Shown here: positions 60,642-64,000 of the stretch, piece by piece
How positions within the stretch are numbered: position 1 is the first letter of the stretch
How the letters are laid out: each line of letters begins with the position of its first letter
Assembly: GCA_963822445.1 (NCBI GenBank)
Contig: CAWGHO010000001.1
Span: forward strand, 1,195,967-1,259,966
Source: an uncultured Acidobacteriota bacterium
GTDB taxonomy: Bacteria; Acidobacteriota; Thermoanaerobaculia; Gp7-AA8
Direction: 5' to 3'
Length of the DNA: 64,000 nucleotides
The notes under the pieces: model-generated
Database searches by the model: none
The model's input: only the letters and a program-made list of their open reading frames with translations
What the model was told of the DNA's origin: nothing
Made by a program: the position numbers and the translations under genes

Positions 60642-61417
60642 TCCCAGAAATGAGGCCGGAGTCGACGGAAAAGGGCCGCGCCGATGAGCATCAAGCCGCC
60701 TGCGATCGTCCAGAAGGCAACTGCTTCGGCGACGGTCGGCGCGGCGAACGCCTGTGGCAGCAGCGCATGACGGTATCCGGAGACGACGTACGCGGCGGGG
60801 TTGAGAGCCAGCAGCGACTGTCCGCGCGGCGGCAGCGCCGTCGGCGCCCACGCGATCGGTGTCACCCAGAACCAGACGTTGAGAAAGGAGGGAAGGACCT
60901 GCTGCACGTCCCGCACGATGACGGCCAGGCCGGAGAGCATCATCCCGATTCCATGCGCGAGCACGACCGCGCAAGCATAGAAGTAAGGAAGGAGCAGCAG
61001 TCCGGGGAAGCTCGCGTAGCCGGACGAGACCGACGCCGCGAGCGTGAGCGCCAGCAGCACGACGTGCGGCAGCGACTGCACGACGATCGAGCTCGCGGAG
61101 ATGATCTGCAACGGAAAGCGGACGCGCTTGACGAGATGGCGGTGACCGATGATCGATCCCACGCCGCTGCCGATGCCCGTGGAGATGAGCACCCAGGGCA
61201 CATACGCCGCGGCGAAGCCGAGGACGTAGGGCGCTTTGCCGAGCGGGAGACGAAGGCCGAGGGAAAAAATGGCCGTGAAGCACAGCAGCGGGATGAGCGG
61301 CGTGAGCACCGCCCAGGCCATGCCTGCCGCCGTGCCCGCGTACGTACGCCGAAGCTCCTGACGCGCAAGCGACGCCAGCAGATGCCGATTCGGCCAGAGG
61401 CCAGCCCGCTCGCGCAT
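60632..61417 (-). CDS. Wzm/KpsM-type ABC-2 transporter permease
   Basis: 262 aa from MRERAGLWPNRHLL with six TM helices and an ABC-2 family signature. Confidence 0.75.
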   Translation of the reverse strand: MRERAGLWPNRHLLASLARQELRRTYAGTAAGMAWAVLTPLIPLLCFTAIFSLGLRLPLGKAPYVLGFAAAYVPWVLISTGIGSGVGSIIGHRHLVKRVRFPLQIISASSIVVQSLPHVVLLALTLAASVSSGYASFPGLLLLPYFYACAVVLAHGIGMMLSGLAVIVRDVQQVLPSFLNVWFWVTPIAWAPTALPPRGQSLLALNPAAYVVSGYRHALLPQAFAAPTVAEAVAFWTIAGGLMLIGAALFRRLRPHFWECL

Positions 61418-61486
61418 GAACTGGTTAGGGTACCACCGGCCCCGATGATCGCCTCGCCGTGAAACGCTTTCGCGGCCATCGCCACT

Positions 61487-62467
61487 ATGCAGGTGATGGC
61501 ACTCCTTAACGAAGGACAAAACGCGACGTCCCTGCCGCCGCTGCCGAAGCGGTTCCGGCACCACGTGCTCTTTTCGTACGCCTCGGCGGACGCGGAGTAC
61601 GTACGGGCCGTTCGCGCCGCCTTGCCCAAGGAAGTCGACGCGTTCGACTACGCGGAAGGGGGCATGTGGGGCGAACAGCTCGTGAAAGGGCTCGAGCACC
61701 GCTACAAGAATGAAGCGCCGTTCTGCGTCGTCTTCATTTCGAAGGCCTATCTCGCCAGTCCGTGGACGCAGAAAGAGCTCGGCATCGTCCAGCGCGTCGC
61801 CAAACGCAAGCCCGGATACATGTTGCCGGTCGTGCTCGACGGCACGATCGTCCCCGAGATCGAAGGGATCGTCTGGCTCGACAAGACCCTGACTCCCGAG
61901 CAGCTCGCGGCGCGTCTCGTCGCGAAAATTCGCGAGCCGCCGCCGAAGCCCTGGTGGTTTTACGTTTCCACCGAAGTCAAAGTCGCGATTGCGGCGGTGC
62001 TGCTCGCGCTGATCCTCTTCGCGCGTCCGGCGGTCAACTACTTCCGCCCCTCGCGCACGACGATCCGGTCGGTGAGCGCGAACGCGCAGGAAATCACCGC
62101 GCGCCTCGTGAACAGCGGCCCGAAGAGTTCCACCGTGGTCGGCCAGCGATTGAAGTTCGGTGCTCTGCCGATCGAGGACGCGGTGCTGCATCTCGACAAG
62201 AAGGCGTCCGCGACGATCGCCCCCGGCGGGCACGACCTGAAGCTGAAAGCGCTGACGCTCCTGACCAAGTGCGACGCCAACGGCATCCTCCCGAACAACG
62301 ACATGGTTGCGGCCCTCCTCGGTCAGCAACCCGTCACGCTTGAAGTCGATGTCCGGGAGTCCGACGACCCTCCCGGCCAGACGACGCGGAGGATCGCGAC
62401 GATCCCTGCCGCGCGTCTCGAACCGTTCGTCAGAAGGTTGGCACCGAATGATCTCGATGATTGCTAA
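61487..62467 (+). CDS. TIR-domain protein with a central TM helix and a C-terminal (extracytoplasmic?) domain
   Basis: HHVLFSYASADAEYVRAVRAAL…APFCVVFISKAYLASPWTQKELGIV fits the bacterial TIR fold. TM VKVAIAAVLLALILFA. Confidence 0.7.
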   Translation: MQVMALLNEGQNATSLPPLPKRFRHHVLFSYASADAEYVRAVRAALPKEVDAFDYAEGGMWGEQLVKGLEHRYKNEAPFCVVFISKAYLASPWTQKELGIVQRVAKRKPGYMLPVVLDGTIVPEIEGIVWLDKTLTPEQLAARLVAKIREPPPKPWWFYVSTEVKVAIAAVLLALILFARPAVNYFRPSRTTIRSVSANAQEITARLVNSGPKSSTVVGQRLKFGALPIEDAVLHLDKKASATIAPGGHDLKLKALTLLTKCDANGILPNNDMVAALLGQQPVTLEVDVRESDDPPGQTTRRIATIPAARLEPFVRRLAPNDLDDC

Positions 62468-63209
62468 GGCCCTGGTTTGCGTTCTTCTCGCCGCGACCGC
62501 GGCACAAGCCCAGATCACCACGTCCCAGGTGAATGTGTTCGTCAGGGGCAAGCGTTGCAGCGAACTGACGAACGTCTACCTCGTCATCAACGGCAAAGAC
62601 CTCGACAGCGGCTGGGTCAAGCTCGAGCCGGCCGGGCCCTGCCGGTGGAAGGCCGACCTCGGCAGCGGCACGATCTCCACGAGCAACGCGCGCTTCAGCC
62701 TCCGCGGCGACTTCGCGCGCTCCGATTGCCAACGGGCCGCCCCGAACGAGGAGCAGCTCACCGCCAACCTCGAGTTTGCCTGCTGCGTCGAGGGGCCGCT
62801 CCGCAACGTGAGCGTGAAGATCGACCCTCCGATGCCGGTCAGTTACGTCCGCGACGTGCGGCCCTTCCCCGGCGCCCGGGTCCCCGGGATCAAATGCCTG
62901 GAAAGAGCGACCTTCAGTGAAGGACAAGGCTCGATCGGCCATGCGCAGTTTTCCGGCGAAGACGTCTATCTCCATCTCGGCCCGTTCGACAGGAAACAGC
63001 CGATGCTCGGGCTGCTGCTCGATGACGTCGTCAACGACGATGGTCCGCTGGTGCTAACGCGCGAAGGCGTGGTCTACCGGCTGGCCGTGCAGCGTGCGAA
63101 AGGAAAAGCGCGGAGCGCGCCGGCGGTGTCGTCGAACGCGATCCTGATCGACAGCAAGAAACTGGGCACGCTGAAGCTCGAGCGGGCCGAGATCGAGGTG
63201 ATGAAATGA
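62448..63209 (+). CDS. Secreted hypothetical protein (253 aa)
   Basis: Signal peptide MISMIAKALVCVLLAATAAQAQ. Start overlaps the TIR gene by 20 bp. Confidence 0.55.
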   Translation: MISMIAKALVCVLLAATAAQAQITTSQVNVFVRGKRCSELTNVYLVINGKDLDSGWVKLEPAGPCRWKADLGSGTISTSNARFSLRGDFARSDCQRAAPNEEQLTANLEFACCVEGPLRNVSVKIDPPMPVSYVRDVRPFPGARVPGIKCLERATFSEGQGSIGHAQFSGEDVYLHLGPFDRKQPMLGLLLDDVVNDDGPLVLTREGVVYRLAVQRAKGKARSAPAVSSNAILIDSKKLGTLKLERAEIEVMK

Positions 63210-64000
63210 CTCGTGCAGCCGCAATCCTCTTTGCTCTGGTCTTCGCCCTGACAGCCGCCGCGCAGGACCCGCTCTTCGGTCCGGATGACTCCGTCGATCC
63301 GCGCGCGACCGGCGGACGGCCGGTGTTCATCTCGCGGCTGGTCATCGGCGCCGCATCGAACATGAACGGCGACGGCTTCCGCCCCCTCGGCGAAAACGTC
63401 GGATACGTGCATCTCGCGACGAGTTTTTCCTGGCGGTCGGTGCAGTTCGATTACAAGCGGAGCCAGTTGAAGGCCGAAGATGGGGAGGCGGCGTTGTGGA
63501 ACGTCAGCCAGGAGCGAGACCTGCTCATCTCTCCGCCACCACCGCAACAACCGCAGGAATCGCGGCTGATGCGCAACGCCACTCCGAAATCGAAAGACAC
63601 GTTGAACGCGGCGGTTTACTGGCCGGTGCCGGTTGGCACGGGGATCCCGGTGATGCTTCGGTCACGGGTCACGTTCACGACGCAGCCGATCGATACGGAG
63701 GTCGTCGAGGACTCAGAGCTGCAACGCATGTCCGGCCGCGAGCGCACCTTCGCCATCGACACCGACACATGGTTTCGCGTCGCCGGTCTCAACGTATTCG
63801 GCTCACTCGCCGTCTCTGAAACGGAGACCACCGGCACACTTGCTGACCGCAAAGAGCGCGCACTCACCTACACCAATCGCTTTCCATCGCTCTCTCTCGA
63901 TCGAGCAAAGATCCTGATCCGCCCGACTCTCACCGTCGGGGGCATCTCGAACCGCGGCGGCTCGGCGGTGAACCTCGTCAATCCGGCAATCGAGATCTTC
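63206..64000 (+). CDS. Secreted hypothetical protein, partial (runs off the window end)
   Basis: Manual translation MTRAAAILFALVFALTAAAQDPLFG… It stays open to position 64000. ATGA overlap with the upstream gene. Confidence 0.5.
   Translation, partial: MTRAAAILFALVFALTAAAQDPLFGPDDSVDPRATGGRPVFISRLVIGAASNMNGDGFRPLGENVGYVHLATSFSWRSVQFDYKRSQLKAEDGEAALWNVSQERDLLISPPPPQQPQESRLMRNATPKSKDTLNAAVYWPVPVGTGIPVMLRSRVTFTTQPIDTEVVEDSELQRMSGRERTFAIDTDTWFRVAGLNVFGSLAVSETETTGTLADRKERALTYTNRFPSLSLDRAKILIRPTLTVGGISNRGGSAVNLVNPAIEIF

Noticed and set aside
60642-61283. N-terminal 214 aa of ORF 57816..61283
   Set aside because: Alternate frame over wzm on the same strand; Arg-rich. The true start is MPLTTP at 60641.

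Overview
This is a high-GC (~68-70%) bacterial chromosomal window, plausibly from Acidobacteria, Gemmatimonadetes or a related environmental phylum. It is dominated by signal-transduction genes, surface-glycan genes and a mobile accessory island.

Left block, 1-10.2 kb, all on the minus strand:
- a REC-PAS-HisKA-HATPase kinase (partial at the window edge);
- CheB as a methylesterase domain only;
- CheR;
- a 5.6-kb 'poly-HAMP' hybrid histidine kinase with about 15 tandem 276-bp HAMP repeats, a GAF domain and an E/Q-rich coiled coil, whose C-terminal HATPase and three receiver domains are broken by about five indel frameshifts.

10.5-17.6 kb:
- a periplasmic beta-propeller (Reg_prop/Y_Y_Y) sensor kinase;
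- a MacA-like membrane-fusion protein with two FtsX-type permeases, the second frameshifted, and no ATPase in the locus;
- unusual tandem and inverted repeats sitting in front of each permease gene.

17.7-29.6 kb:
- two Kelch propeller proteins, an aldo/keto reductase, glpK and an IPT/TIG surface protein;
- a multi-TM GAF histidine kinase and a beta-helix secreted protein;
- a bacterial PRMT-like arginine methyltransferase and a secreted protein with three internal repeats.

29.6-35.8 kb is a lower-GC island that I interpret as an integron-type cassette array without an integrase (a CALIN):
- three cassettes bounded by homologous attC-like sites of about 170-200 bp with 7-bp GGCTAAC / GTTAGCC cores;
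- each cassette ORF's stop codon sits in the attC inverse core;
- one attC is disrupted twice, by an IS481-family element with a 6-bp target-site duplication and by an IS4-family element with a 13-bp duplication;
- the last cassette carries a small-protein plus Pol-beta nucleotidyltransferase pair that looks like a MenA/MenT toxin-antitoxin.

Right half:
- an esterase, a VOC-family protein, and a TPR Ser/Thr kinase;
- cytochrome b with a frameshifted MsrP;
- a propeller-GGDEF diguanylate cyclase, a PAS hybrid kinase with REC-REC-Hpt, and a Ser/Thr kinase fused to a receiver domain;
- a small cytoplasmic two-gene pair of unknown function and a DinB-like protein;
- a roughly 11-kb minus-strand glycan-export operon: Wzm, a fused methyltransferase-GT4-GT2 protein, Wzt, two more methyltransferases (one CmcI-like), two paralogous radical-SAM enzymes and a TylF-like O-methyltransferase;
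- a divergent TIR-domain membrane protein with two secreted proteins.

Several otherwise intact genes carry single-base indel frameshifts, so either the assembly is locally error-prone or these are recent pseudogenes. No rRNA, tRNA or CRISPR array was found.
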